From Octopus vulgaris (Eukaryota), in the NCBI GenBank assembly GCA_951406725.2, contig OX597823.1:101308001-101372000 (forward strand): DNA of 64,000 nucleotides. The letters run 5' to 3'. Under the pieces are notes generated by a model that did no database searches, was not told the DNA's origin, and saw nothing but the letters and a program-made list of their open reading frames with translations. The position numbers were made by a program, and so were the translations under genes. Positions 12,146 through 25,096 of this stretch are shown here, one piece after another. The number at the start of each line of letters is the position of its first letter. The first letter of the stretch is position 1.

Positions 12146-15100
12146 TATTTTTAGTATATATTTTCTTTATTTTTAGTATATATATATATATTTTTTTTTT
12201 TATTCGGAAGTCCTGCAGCGATGGGAAGGTGGTGAAGCATGCAGACCTGACGGGTTGGAAGCATGTAAGTCAGCGACCTGCACGTAGGCGGCCCATGCTA
12301 GATATAAAGTCGTCTCCTTGTCGCCCAAGACAGCGGTAGGATTCGGTTGCTGCATGTGTGGCTAAGCAGCTCCATTTGGAGAGGGCACTGCTCATCTGGA
12401 GACCGGGGAGGTTCTAGAAAAGGTGAACCAAAAATTGCCTGTCTTTCCATATCTGGTAAGTTTAGCGCGACTGACGGATGTCCACCCTGCGCTCGAAAAA
12501 CAAGGAGTCTTTTATCTATAAAATCTGGACGGAACTTAAACATTTCATGTTGGAATGTGCGTACTCTGTTGGACAACAAGAGTGATTGCAGGCCTGAAAG
12601 ACGCACTGCACTTGTTGCTCGTGAGCTGAACCGTTATAAAATTGATATAGCTGCACTCTCAGAGACTCGTATAGAAGGTGATGGTCAGCTTGAGGAAGTA
12701 GGAGGCGGATACACCTTTTTTTGGAAAGGAAGGCAGAAGGAGGAGCGCAGAGAGGCTGGTGTTGGTTTTGCAGTCCGATCTGATATCCTGAAGAAGTTGG
12801 AAGAGCTCCCTGTTCCTATAAATGAACGTATAATGACCCTACGGTTGCACTTGAAAGGTAAGCGGTTTGCTACTCTAATAAGTGCCTACTTTGACTAGCT
12901 GTGATGAAGATAAAATAATCTTTTATACCCAGGTGAGAGCCATACTTAGAAAAATCCCCAATTCTGATAAAGTCATTCTACTGGGGAATTTTAATGCCAG
13001 AGTAGGAACAGACTGGCAAACATGGAACTCTCTAGGACGTTTTGGAGTAGGGAAAATGAATAGCAATGGTCTCATGCTACTGGAGCTTTGCGAAGAACAT
13101 GGACTTTACATTGCAAGTATTCATTTTGTGCACAAAGGTGATCACACAACAACATGGATGCATCCAAGGTCCAAAGTTTGGCACTTGCTGGATTACGTCA
13201 TCATCCGCAAGCGCGAAATTTATGATATTTGTAGTGTCAAGTCCTTGCATGGATCAGAATGCTGGACAGACCACAGTCTGGTGCGAGCAAAGTTCCGAAT
13301 GGTGATTAGGGCGAAAGAGAGGAGAAGACCAGTCAGCATTCCTCGCCGTCTAAATGTCCACAAGGTATATGACGTTGTTGTTAGGAAAGAGCTTCAGACT
13401 CGCTTGTCCAGCATTGAAACTGCTGCAGGATGGGAAGATTTTCGAGACCAGGTTGTTCAATGTGCAGCCGAAACACTGGAGTATGTTACTGCCAGACACA
13501 GAGACTGGTTTGATGAGAATGATGCTGAAATTCAACGACTATTAGTGGTGAAGCGCCATGCCCACAGTGTGTTGCTGCACAGAGAACTGCCTACTGTTAT
13601 AAGTCTAGCACTTGCCCATTATAACAGTGTAAAATCACTACTGCAGCGATCTCTCAGGAAGATGCAGAACACTTGGTGGGAGGATCTTGCTCGTGATGTT
13701 CAGGCTGCTGCTGATGCAAATGACAGCAAGAAGCTTTACCATCTTATGAAGCGAGCTTATGGACCTAAGAGCTCCACATCAGCTCCTTTGCTTTCCAAGG
13801 AGTCTTCCACTATGTTTACTAAATCAACAGAAATCACAGGTCGCTGGATCGAACACTTCTCTGAACTCCTAAACCATGAGTCAGTTGTGGATAAAACAGT
13901 GATTGATACTATGAAACAAAGACCTATCATTGACTCCTTAGACTCCTCGCCATCAATACATGAAGTAATGACATCAATAAGTAAATTGAATCTTGGTAGG
14001 GCACCTGGAAAGGATGGAATTTGTGCTGAGGTCTTGCGATTTGGTGGTAATTGCATCACACAGTCCCTTCATGAACTTATTAGTGCAGTCTGGAAGGATG
14101 GTGCAATCCCTAAGGACTGGAAGGATACAATTATTCTTCCTCTGTATAAAGGAAAAGGAGCCAGAACAATGTGTGGTAACTACAGAGGTATTGCTCTACT
14201 ATCAGCTGCTGGCAAGGTTCTGGCAAATATTCTTCTTACACGTCTGAATGGGTGTCTCGTAAATGATGTCCTATCTGAATCTCAATGTGGCTTCCGATCT
14301 GGTAGAGGGACAATGGATATGATTTTCACAGCAAGACAGATGCAGGAGAAGTACTATGAGCAGAATATGGATCTTGTCCAGGTATTCATTGATTTAACTA
14401 AGGCCTTTGATACTGTAAATATCCTGGAATATCTATGGAAAATACTTGGCAAACTTGGATGTCCGGATCACTTTGTATCAATAATTAAATCATTTCATGA
14501 TGGGATGGAGGCTTGGGTCAATGTTGGTGGGGCCATGGCAGGACCCATTCCTGTAGAGAATGGTGTTAAGCAAGGTGACATCCTTGCCCCAACTCTCTTT
14601 TCTTTGTACTTTGCTGCTACTTTTACTCATGCTTTTGCTAAGGTTAGCTCTCTGGGAATATATGTCAGATATCGATCTTCTGGCCGCCTCTTTAATCTTC
14701 GCCGATTTTCTGCCAATTCAAAGGTTTCCCAGTCTATTATTCGTGACCTCCTTTATGCAGATGACTGTGACTTAGTCACTCATACAGTGGATGACATGCA
14801 AATACTCATGAATTGCATTTCTGCTTCTTGCAGGGCATTTGGACTCAGCATTAGCCTGCACAAGACTGTTGTGATGTTCCAGCCCTGCACCAGGAAATCC
14901 ATATATAGAACCAGCTATCTTGGTTGAAGGAACAATTCTGAAGGTAGTAGACAAGTTTGTCTACCTGGGCAGCACATTCAGCCGTTCTTGCTCCCTGGAT
15001 GAGGAAATATCTTTCAGGTTGCAGAGAGCAACTAATTCCTTCCGGTCTCTTCAGTCTCGTGTCTGGCCCCAACATGGCATCGCAAAGAGAACAAAAGTTG

Positions 15101-15772
15101 CTGTGTACCGTGCTTGTGTACTGACATCACTTCTCTACTCATGTGAGACATGGACTCTGTACAAACGACAGGTCAGGGTCCTTGAACGTTTTCATCAGAG
15201 ATGTCTCAGACACATTCTCAATGTTGGCTGGACCTCAAAAATTCCAGACACACAGATCCTGAGGACAGCTGATATCTTGAGTATTGAGGCGATGGTACAC
15301 AAGCACCGGTTGCGTTGGACTGGTCACCTTATTAGAATAGAGGATAGAAAGATTCCTAAGCAGATGCTCTATAGAGAACTTGTGAATGGAAGGAGACTCC
15401 GGCAGAAATCAAGGCTGTGATTTAAGGACTGTGTCAAGTCCTCGTTAAAGGCCTTTGATATGCAGGACACTGACTGGGAGAACAATGCCTGTCATCGCCA
15501 CAGATGGAGGAAGCAGGTTAAGGAGGGGACCGACACTTTTGAGAGAGCACGTATCCAGCATGAAGAACTTAAGCGAGCTGCGCGAAAGCGCACGGCTCGT
15601 ATAGTGAATGGGGTAAGCTTGGTCTGCAATGTTTGCAGTCGTGTATGCTTGTCAAGAGCAGGACTCATTAGCCACCAACGGAGCCGCAAATGCAAAATAT
15701 AAGTTAGTCCTAGAGCGCACAATATTCCTGAAGGTCGGCAATGGCCTTCCTTGGTCACGAGTGGACGGCCAT
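11759..15772 (+). mobile_element. Near full-length RTE-clade LINE inserted in a (GTAT)n tract
   Basis: About 0.7 kb non-coding 5' region containing a (TA)n tract, a single APE+RT reading frame, and a short 3' UTR. (GTAT)n lies on both sides (11713-11758 and 15773-15848). Confidence 0.9.
12476..15702 (+). pseudogene. RTE LINE ORF: AP endonuclease, reverse transcriptase and C-terminal Zn finger; disrupted
   Basis: APE motifs CWNVRTL, DIAALSETR, LLGNFNARVG, LLDYVII, TDHSLV. RT motifs QCGFR, FIDLTKAFD, GVKQGD, LLYADD, YLGS. C-terminal CNVC-x12-H-x5-C. Frameshifts near 12890 and 14900, premature stop at 15418. Start position is approximate. Confidence 0.92.
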
Positions 15773-15885
15773 CATGTATGTATGTATGTATGTATGTATG
15801 TATGTATGTATGTATGTATGTATGTATGTATGTATGTATGTATGTATGCATGCATTTATCTTTGTATATACGTATGAATCATAGG

Positions 15886-16206
15886 TAAAGGTGTGTGGCT
15901 TAGTGGTTAGGATATTCGGCTCACGATCGTAAAGTCGTGAGTTCAATTCCCGGTGACGCGTTGTGTCCGTGAGCAAGACACTTTATTTCCACGCTGCTCC
16001 AGTTCATCAGGCTACTAAATGAGTACTAAAATGAGTCGTACCTGTATTTCAAAGGACCAGCTTTATCACACTGTGTCACGGTATAGTTGTCTGTTAAGGG
16101 TATACTTGTCTGTGGAGTGCTCAACCATTTGCACGTTAATTTCATGGGCAAGTTGTTCTGTTGATCGTATCAGCTAGGAAACTCGTCGTCGTAACCGACG
16201 GAGTGC
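15886..16206 (+). mobile_element. tRNA-derived SINE, family C, with RTE-like 3' stem-loop tail
   Basis: A box gtggcttagtgg, B box gagttcaattccc, core ttgtgtccgtgagcaagacact, tail cgtcgtaaccgacgg. Confidence 0.8.
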
Positions 16207-16411
16207 TTCTCTCTCCTCTACGTATCATAATACTAATAGTCTGAGGAATGCAAGTTCGGACCCCAAAGATCGAGCATGTGATATCAAATAACGATTAACT
16301 CATTTTATCATTTGTTTACTTTAATTATATACGTCTGTTGAGAATAATATGCTACCAATTTGCTGAGATTATTTGAAAATAAATGAATAAATAAATAAAC
16401 ACACATGTATA

Positions 16412-17662
16412 TCAGGTCGTCCCATAAGTTCTGTCCGATTTTACCCTTTTTAAAACTGAATGTTTTAGAATGTCTAATGGAATTAAAAATTATTTTTATG
16501 CATTTGTGTACATTTAAACTACTTAAATATTATTTTTCAGAATAATAGAATTAAAATTTCTTTGATTAAAATTAAAATTAAAATTAAAATTCTTTCCCTT
16601 TCTAATATGGAAGTATCCAAAGAGCATTTAAGGCACATAATGCTTTATGAGTACAAAAAAGGAAACTCTGCAGCCGAAGCAACTCAAAACATACACTCAG
16701 TTTATGGGAAAGAATGCTTGAATGAAAAAACTCGCAGAAGATGGTTTGCAAAATTCAGAAGTGGAGATTTCAGCCTTGAAGATGAAGATCGAACAGGACG
16801 TCCAGTTGAGTTTGATGATAAGCTTCTTGAGGCATTACTTGAAGAAAATCCTGCGTTATCAGTTGAAGAATTGGCAATAAAGCTTAGATCAAACCATACA
16901 ACTGTTCATCGTCATCTTCAACAACTTGGAGAGGTTCCTAAACTTGGAAAATGGGTGCCTCATGAATTGTCCGAAAGCAACCGCAAATCCCGAGTTGACA
17001 TCTTCTCTTCTCTCTATTCTCGTGAACTCATTTCACCCTTTTTGGATAGACTTGTGACTGGTGACGAAAAATGGATCTTCTATCGAAATGTTAAACGTCG
17101 TAAACAGTGGCTTGGTAAAAAGGAAAAAGCTCAACCACAAACGAGAAGGGAACTTCATGGAAAAAAAGGTTCTTCTCTCTATTTGGTGGGATTGCAAAGG
17201 AGTAATTCCATTTGGATTGTTATCACCTAATGCAACAATCAATGCTCAAGTCTACTGTCAACCATTAGAGTGTTTGAACCAAGCTTTGAAGAGAAAAAGA
17301 CCCGCTATAGTGAATTGAAAAGGAGTGATGTTTCATCAGTACAATGCGCGACCCCACACTGCAAAGATCACATCACCTTATTCTCTCGACCTTGCTCCTT
17401 CAGACTACCATTTGTTTCGTAGTTTACAGAATCATTTGAGGGACATAACTTTCGCAAGTCAGGAGAGGAGGTCGAAATTGACATTTCAGAGTTCTTCGCT
17501 TTGAAACCAAAAGAGTTTTACATTGATGGGATTAAAAAGCTTGTAAAGGAAGTCATAGATAATCAGGGAAAGTACATTGATGATTAAAGTTCAATTAAAT
17601 ATAACATTTGATCACTTGTTTTCTTTATTCAAAATTTGGACAGAACTTATGGGTTGACCTGA
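16412..17662 (+). mobile_element. mariner DNA transposon with both TIRs and TA target duplication
   Basis: TIR tcaggtcgtcccataagttctgtcc (from 16412) pairs with ggacagaacttatgggttgacctga (ending 17662); TA on both sides; length 1251 bp. Confidence 0.93.
16607..17587 (+). pseudogene. mariner (DD34D) transposase, disrupted
   Basis: HTH region, WVPHEL, VTGDEKW. Frameshift in the A-run at 17161-17168, HQYNARPH (second catalytic D replaced by Y), internal deletion, and YSLDLAPSDY. Confidence 0.92.
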
Positions 17663-17794
17663 TATATGTGTGTGTGTGTGTGTGTATGTATGTATTTTCT
17701 TATTCATTTGTCATTTTAATTTCTTATTACTGCTCTCTATTCGACTTGCGCTCCGTTCTGGAACGTATGAATATTGAGTTCTAAGACCAGGTTA

Positions 17795-17965
17795 AGGCGG
17801 CGAGCTTGTAAAATCGTAGGGACATAATGCTTCGCGGCATTTCGTTCGTTTTTATGTTCTGCGTTCAAATTCTGCGGAGGTCGACTATGCCTTTCATGCT
17901 GGGGTCGATGTAATCAACTCATCCACTCTCTGAAAATTTCAGAGCGTTTTTCCACATTAGGAAAG
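17795..17965 (+). mobile_element. SINE family A, internally deleted, followed by (ATT)n
   Basis: ggcggcgagcttg head; gttcaaattctgcggaggtcgactatgcctttcat core. Confidence 0.7.
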
Positions 17966-18027
<62 letters not shown>

Positions 18028-18028
<1 letters not shown>

Positions 18029-18219
18029 TTTTTTTTTTTTTTTTTTTTTTTTCCTTCTTCAAATTTTCTTCCGTTTCTCGCCAGGTGTTTTCCGTACACC
18101 TAGGGCAGAGAAACTCATTGTATGCATTCCCAGATTACACACGCAAATTCACAGGTAAAATATATATTTAAAAAATTAACAAATAAATAAATTCATGAAT
18201 GGATGTTGTTTTCACAGCG
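18028..18219 (-). mobile_element. Poly(A)-tailed 3' end of an unidentified retroelement inside the (TAA)n tract
   Basis: T25 run at 18028-18052 (poly-A on the minus strand); hairpin aggtgt...acacct close to the tail; microsatellite on both sides. Confidence 0.5.
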
Positions 18220-18318
<99 letters not shown>

Positions 18319-18328
18319 TTAATAATTA

Positions 18329-18360
<32 letters not shown>

Positions 18361-18363
<3 letters not shown>

Positions 18364-20106
18364 TAGTTTTATTTTTATAGCGTGCTTTCACTTCACCACC
18401 GAGCGCAGCTCTGTGTGCCTTGGGTATGTGCTGTGATTTGTTGTGATGCTCTGATGGTTATTGTATGGAAAGTGTTCTGCGTAGGATGTGTGCAGTGCCT
18501 AGTAGTGTAATTTTCTGTATGTTATATGTGTTTGTAAGTCCTGGTGTTTTTGTTATGTATTTGTCTGAATATTTTTTTATCATGCCTAATGCACCTACTA
18601 TGATAGGAATTGTTTCTGTTTTCAGATTCCACATTCTAGTTACCTCTATTTCCAGGTCTTTGTATTTTGAGAGTTTCTCCATTTCTTTTAGAGACACGTT
18701 GTCATCAGCCGGTATTGATACATCAATTAAAAATCATTTTTTTTCTTCATGATCTCTGACAACTATATCTGGTCTGTTGGCCTTAATTTCTCTATCTGTG
18801 TGTATCGGCATATCCCAGAGTATGGTTGCTTTCTCGTTTTCTGTGACCTTTTCTGGTGTGTGTCTATACCATCTTTTTTCTGTTGTTATTCCATAATGTT
18901 GGCATAGCTTCCAATGTATGTAGGTTCCAACTCTGTCATGTCTGTGAATATATTCCTTCTTAGCCAGGACTGGGCAGCTAGAGATAATATGATTTATTGT
19001 TTCTTGTCCATCTCCACATATTCTGCAGTTACTTGTAATATTTCTTTTCATTACATGTTTTTGGTAATTTCTGGTGGGGAGGCTTTGGTCTTGTGCTGCA
19101 ATTAAAAATCCCTCTGTTTCTGCTTTGAGTCCTGAGCTCCTCAACCATTGCTGGGATTTTTCTTTGTCTATTTCTTTTGCATTTAGTTTAGTCCAGTATT
19201 TACCATGAATGGGCTTTTCTCGCCATCGTTTTATCATGGTTCGTTGCTGTTCTATTTTTAGTTTGGATTTCATTTGTTTTATAGCTTTTGTTGTTTCTTC
19301 ATCTTCTTCTTCTTCTTCATGTTTATTAGGTGGTATGATTTCTTGTTTGTATTTGTCAGCTTCCTTAAATACTGAGAACAGTTTTTTGTTTTGCTCGTGT
19401 TTTGCCGCTATCTGGATCAGTTTTCCTTCCTTCTGAAGTAGATATTTTTGCAGTCCTATGGTGGTTATTTTATAGTAGTTTTCCAGCTGTATAAGGCCTC
19501 TACCACCTTCTATACGTTGTATATATAGTCTTTCTATGTCAGATTTTGGGTGATGCATCCTAGATCCTGTCATTATTTTTCTTGTTTTCCTATCTATTTT
19601 GGTCAGTTCATTTCGTGTCCAGTTAAGGATATTGTAGCTGTAACTTATAACTGGGACAGCTAAAGTGTTGATACCTATTATCTTGTTTTTAGCATTGAGC
19701 TCTGTGTTTAGTATTGATCTAACTCGTCTATAATATTCTTTTTTTATTTTCTCTTTCATTTGTGTGTGTTGTGTCTTATCTAGTTCATGGATTCCTAAGT
19801 ATTTGTAAGTTTGGCTTTGGTCTAATTCTTTTATTTCATTGGTTTTATCTAGTGTGATGTTGTTACTCTTAACTAGTTTTCCTCTTTTCATGGTTACTTT
19901 GGCGCATTTTTCTAATCCAAATTTCCTGTCTATTTCTTCGGTAAACCCATGAACTGTCTTTAATAGTGTTTCCAGCTGTTTGTCATTTGCAGCGTATAGT
20001 TTTAGGTCATCCATACATAAAAGGTGGCTGATCGTTTTGCCGTAACATTTATATCCGCATCCAGTTCTATTTAGCATATCAGATAGAGGTGACAGTGCCA
20101 AGCAGA
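18361..20106 (-). mobile_element. 5'-truncated R4/Dong-clade LINE (copy 2)
   Basis: ORFs 18734-20101 and 18458-18697: (C)[54 protein letters not shown]. Same 3' UTR as the copy at 4354; (ATT)n on both sides. Confidence 0.92.
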
Positions 20107-20129
20107 TGGTATAGGCATTATTATTATTA

Positions 20130-20205
<76 letters not shown>

Positions 20206-20207
20206 CC

Positions 20208-20299
<92 letters not shown>

Positions 20300-20302
<3 letters not shown>

Positions 20303-23300
20303 TAGTTTTATTTTTTATAGCGTGCTTTCACTTCACTACTGAGCGCAGTGATGCTCTGATGGTTACTGTATTGAAAGTATTCTGCGTAGGATGTGTGCAG
20401 TGCCTAGTAGTGTAATTTTCTGTATGTTATATGTGTTTGTAAGTCCTGGTGTTTTTGTTATGTATGTGTCTGAATATTTTTTATCATGCCTAATGCACCT
20501 ACTATGATAGGAATTGTTTCTGCTTTAAGATTCCACATTCTGGTTATCTCCATTTCCAGGTCTTTGTATTTTGAAAGTTTCTCCATTTCTTTCAGAGACA
20601 CGTTGTCATCTGCTGGTATTGATACATCAATTAGAAAGCATTTTTTTCTTCATGATCTCTGACAACTATATCTGGTCTGTTGGCCTTAATTTCTCTATCT
20701 GTGTGTATCGGCATATCCCAGAGTATGGTTGCCTTCTCCTTTTCAGTGACCTTTTCTGGTGTGTGCCTATACCATCTTTTTCCTGTTATTCCATAATGTT
20801 GGCATAGCTTCCAGTGTATGTAGGTTCCAACTCTGTCATGTCTGTGAATATATTCCTTCTTAGCCAGGACTGGGCAGCCAGAGACAATATGATTTATTGT
20901 TTCTTGTCCATCTCCACATATTCTGCAGTTACTTGTTATATTTCTTTTCATTACATGTTTTTGGTAATTTCTGATGGGGAGGCTTTGGTCTTGTGTTGCA
21001 ATTAAAAATCCCTCTGCCTCTGCTTTGAGTCCTGAGCTTCTCAACCATTGCTGGGATTTTTCTTTGTCTATTTCTTTTGCATTTATTTTAGTCCAGTATT
21101 TACCGTGAAGGGGTTTTCTTGCCATCGTTTTATCATGGTTCTTTGCTGTTCTTGTTTTAGTTTGGATTTCATTTGTTTTATAGCTTTTGTTGTTTCTTCT
21201 TCTTCTTCTTCTTCTTCTTCTTCTTCTTCTTCTTCTTCTTCTTCTTCTTCTTCTTCTTCTTCTTCTTCTTCTTCTTCTTCTTCTTCTTCTTCATGTTTAT
21301 TAGGTGGTACGATTTCTTGTTTGTATTTGTCAGCTTCCTTAAATACTGAGAACAGTTTTTTGTTTTGCTCGTGTTTTGCCGCTATTTGTATCAGTTTTCC
21401 TTCCCTCTGAAGTAGATATTTTTGCAGTCCTATGGTGGTTATTTTATAGTAGTTTTCCAGCTTTAGAAGGCCTCTACCACCTTCTATACGTTGTATATAT
21501 AGCCTTTCTATGTCAGATTTTGGGTGATGCATCCTAGATCCTGTCATTATTTTTCTTGTTTTCCTATCTATTTTGGTCAGTTCATTTCGTGTCCAGTTAA
21601 GGATATTGTAGCTGTAACTTATAACTGGGACAGCTAAAGTGTTAATACGTATTATCTTGTTTTTAGCATTGAGCTCTGTGTTTAGTATTGATCTAACTCG
21701 TCTATAATATTCTTTTTTTATTTTCTCTTTCATTTGTGTGTGTTGTGTCTTATCTAGTTCATGGATTCCTAAGTATTTGTAAGTTTGGCTTTGGTCTAAT
21801 TCTTTTATTTCATTGGTTTTATCTAGTGTGATGTTGCTACTCTTAACTAGTTTTCCTCTTTTCGTGGTTACTTTGGCGCATTTTTCTAGTCCAAATTTCA
21901 TATCTATTTCTTTGGTAAATCCATGAACTGTCTTTAATAGTGTTTCCAGCTGTTTGTCATTTGCAGCGTATAGTTTTAGGTCATCCATATATGATACTTT
22001 GCCGTAACATTTATATCCGCATCCAGTTCTATTTAGCATAACAGATAGAGGTGACAGTGCCAAGCAGAAAAGGAGTGGAGAGAGCGTGTCTCCCTGGAAT
22101 ATTCCTCTTCTAATGGGGATGGCTTTGGTTTTCATGAGTCCCTCTTTTGTTTGGAGCTGTAGCACTGTTTGCCATTTATTCATAGAGTGCCCAATGAATT
22201 TTATAATTGTTGGTGCTACTTTGGGGGGATGCTATCAAACGCCTTTTTGTAGTCGATCCAGGCCTTACTGAGGCCTTTCTTCTTTCTGTGGCTGTCTCCA
22301 GTTATGGCTTTATTGATCATTAGTTGATCTTTACAGCCGTATGAGCCTTTGCGGCATCCTTTCTGCTCTTCTGTAAACAGGTTGTTTTCGTCCAGGTGCT
22401 TGTTCAACCTTTGCGATATCACTGCAGTAAATGCCTTGTACATCGTAGGGAGACAGGTTATTGGTCTGTAGTTTTCTGGTTTTGCTGTCTCATTTGATTT
22501 GGGAATTAAGATGGTTTTCCCCTTCGTGAGCCATTCAGGCATTGTCTCTGGATCTGCTAGTATGTTGTTAAAATTTTCAGCCAGCTTTTTGTGCATTCCT
22601 GTTAGATATTTCAACCAGAAGTAGGGGATCTTGTCATGCCCAGGTACCTTCCAGTTGCTTAGTCTTTGCAGTGCCTGGGTGACCTCTTCAGTTGTTATGA
22701 GGGTCCAAAGTTGCTCAGATGCTGAGTTTGTTATTTTAATACTCCTTTTTTTTGGTTGTTCGTTCGCCGACCATATTTCTCTCCAGAATTCTTCCACTTC
22801 TTCTGCCGTTGGTGCTGCAGTGATTTCTATTTTATTTTTGCCAAGTTCTTGGTAGAACTTTTTGGGGTTGGAGTTGAACTTTTTGTTTTGTTCAAAGAAG
22901 CGCTGGCGTTTCTCGTACCGGCGGATCCTTTGTGCTTTGGCAAGGATATCTTGCTTCAAATTTTCTTTTATCTCAGGTAAGTCTTTTTCTGTGATGATAT
23001 ATTTGCGGAGTATTTTCGTTTTCTTTTTGTTGCTCAGTAGCGTTGATTGTCTACTGATTTCATTAAGAATCGACAGATCTTTTCTTATTTTTTGTATTTT
23101 GTTTTGGATGTTATTTATCCACAGGGTTTGTTTGGGTGCTGGTACTCATGTTTGGACGGGTTTGAGTGAGTATCCAGCTTCTTTTGTGGCTGCAGTGTCT
23201 GCTGCGTATACTAAGTTATTTAGCTCAGTGATATCGCTTTTTGTTTCAGTGGCTATTAGTTCCGTGACGGCTAGGTTAATGTTGTTTATAATTGGTGTTG

Positions 23301-23480
23301 TTGTTTCGTCTATTTTGATTTTTGGGAGGTATGGTCGGTGGTCCATTTTGAGCTCTGTGGTTTTCAGTTCTTTGATTATTCTACTTTTTATATTATCATA
23401 TTCATTAGGCTCCCCTTCATTGTTTCCAGGTTTTAGATTTGTGTCGTTTTCTTTCGGAGCGCTGTTTTATCGCTCTCACA
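20300..23480 (-). mobile_element. Longer R4/Dong-clade LINE (copy 3), frameshifted
   Basis: ORFs 23146-23346, 22216-22959 (NYRPITCL, EQKGCR, WIDYKKAFDS), 21083-22183 (GIFQGDTLSP, YMDD) and 20631-21125 (CCHC, RPDIVV). Small deletion in the 3' UTR; 5' boundary approximate. Confidence 0.92.
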
Positions 23481-23565
23481 TGTTTAACGTCCCCGGTGTA
23501 ATCTCTTTAACGTCCCCGGTGTAATCGTAATCTCTTTAACGTCCCCGGTGTAATTATTATTATTA

Positions 23566-23616
<51 letters not shown>

Positions 23617-23617
<1 letters not shown>

Positions 23618-23795
23618 AGCGGCGAACTGGCAGACTCGATTGCACGCCATGCAAAATAATTAGTGGCATTTAGACCGTCTTCAGGTTCTGAATTCCAATT
23701 CCAACGAGACCGACTTTGTCTTTCATCCTTCCGGAGTCGATAACATAAGTACGAGACGGATACTGGGGTCGATGTAATCGACTTACACCTTCCCA
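23617..23795 (+). mobile_element. SINE family A (diverged)
   Basis: gcggcgaactggcag head; gactttgtctttcatccttccggagtcgataacataagtac core. Confidence 0.7.
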
Positions 23796-25034
23796 CAAAG
23801 TCGTTGCTGTTGCTACTGATACTGATGCTGCTGCTGCTTCTATATCTGCTTTAAATTATTAGGAATTGGATATCTTATCAAATGAAATGAATTCACTATT
23901 CCACGGCATTTTTAAAGGTTTTAATCCCTGTACGGGTTAGAAAGATTATAATCAATAAAATCAAATAAAATAAAGCATATCAGTTAGACATCCAAAGCCA
24001 CCATCTTTACAACCACCACCACCACCACCACCATCATCATCACTATCGTATTTACTTACTAATTTAATTGCACTTTGGCGGTTTCATACCTGAAAGCACA
24101 CCATAGAAAAATACATAAACATAAATACACCCATGTATATTATATATACATACATGTGTATACCTTTACATACACACCGCATGTATATATATGTGTGTGT
24201 GTGTATACGTATGAGCGTATGAGTGCCTGTATATGCATGTGCGTGTGTGTGTGTGCACGGGCGCTTGTAATGTATCTACATACATATATATTTATATATA
24301 TATGTATATGTACATATATATATATATATATATATATCAATGTGACTATGTAAGTATGTATATATCTATGGAGGGATGGATGGATGGATGGATGCCTGTA
24401 TATATGTACAGGTATATATCATATGCACGCACACACTCACGAAGTTATCAAACTATATTAAATCGGAATTTTAAGTACAAAAACTTGTCCAGTCGTAGCA
24501 ACAATTTACAAAGTTTGGGCTTTATTCCAATCTATCATGCGTAGCAGCTTATATTTGCTTCACATCTCTTTGTGTATCCAGGTTTTTTGAGGCATCCTAA
24601 ACGTCTGTACAGCATATTTAACTTCTCTACGATATATTCCCCATCTGTATAAGATATTTACCAGCAGACACCAATAACTTTTATTTATTAACAAAATCAG
24701 TTTTTTAACCCTATGCATCTTTCAGATTTGTACGAGATCTTCCCCTTTTAAAGGAAAACTATTTCAACAGCATGATACTGTAACCTAAATAATTCTATAT
24801 ATCTTTATCATTTGTAATATTTCTTGTAAATTTTTATTTTTAAGCATCTGTAAGATCTCCAGTTCTTCCGTTCATACCTCCTTCTCTCTCTCTCTCTCTT
24901 TTCCTCTCTCCCTCACTCTTTCTCCCTCTCCCTTTCTCTCCCTCTGTCTGTCTGTGTCTCTCTCCCTCTATCTGTCTATCTGTCTCCCTCTCTCCCTCTG
25001 TCTGTCTGTCTCCCTCGCTCTCTCTCTCACACAC

Positions 25035-25096
<62 letters not shown>

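Noticed and set aside
15886-15960. tRNA gene (also considered for the heads at 2184 and 57598)
   Set aside because: A/B boxes are present, but the sequence continues into multi-copy SINE bodies and I could not form a full cloverleaf.
16562-17318. SETMAR-like host gene
   Set aside because: No SET domain; bounded by TIRs and a TA TSD, with frameshifts and a lost catalytic residue.
23483-23554. CRISPR-like repeats
   Set aside because: Spacers of only 3 and 9 nt, eukaryotic context, and no cas genes.
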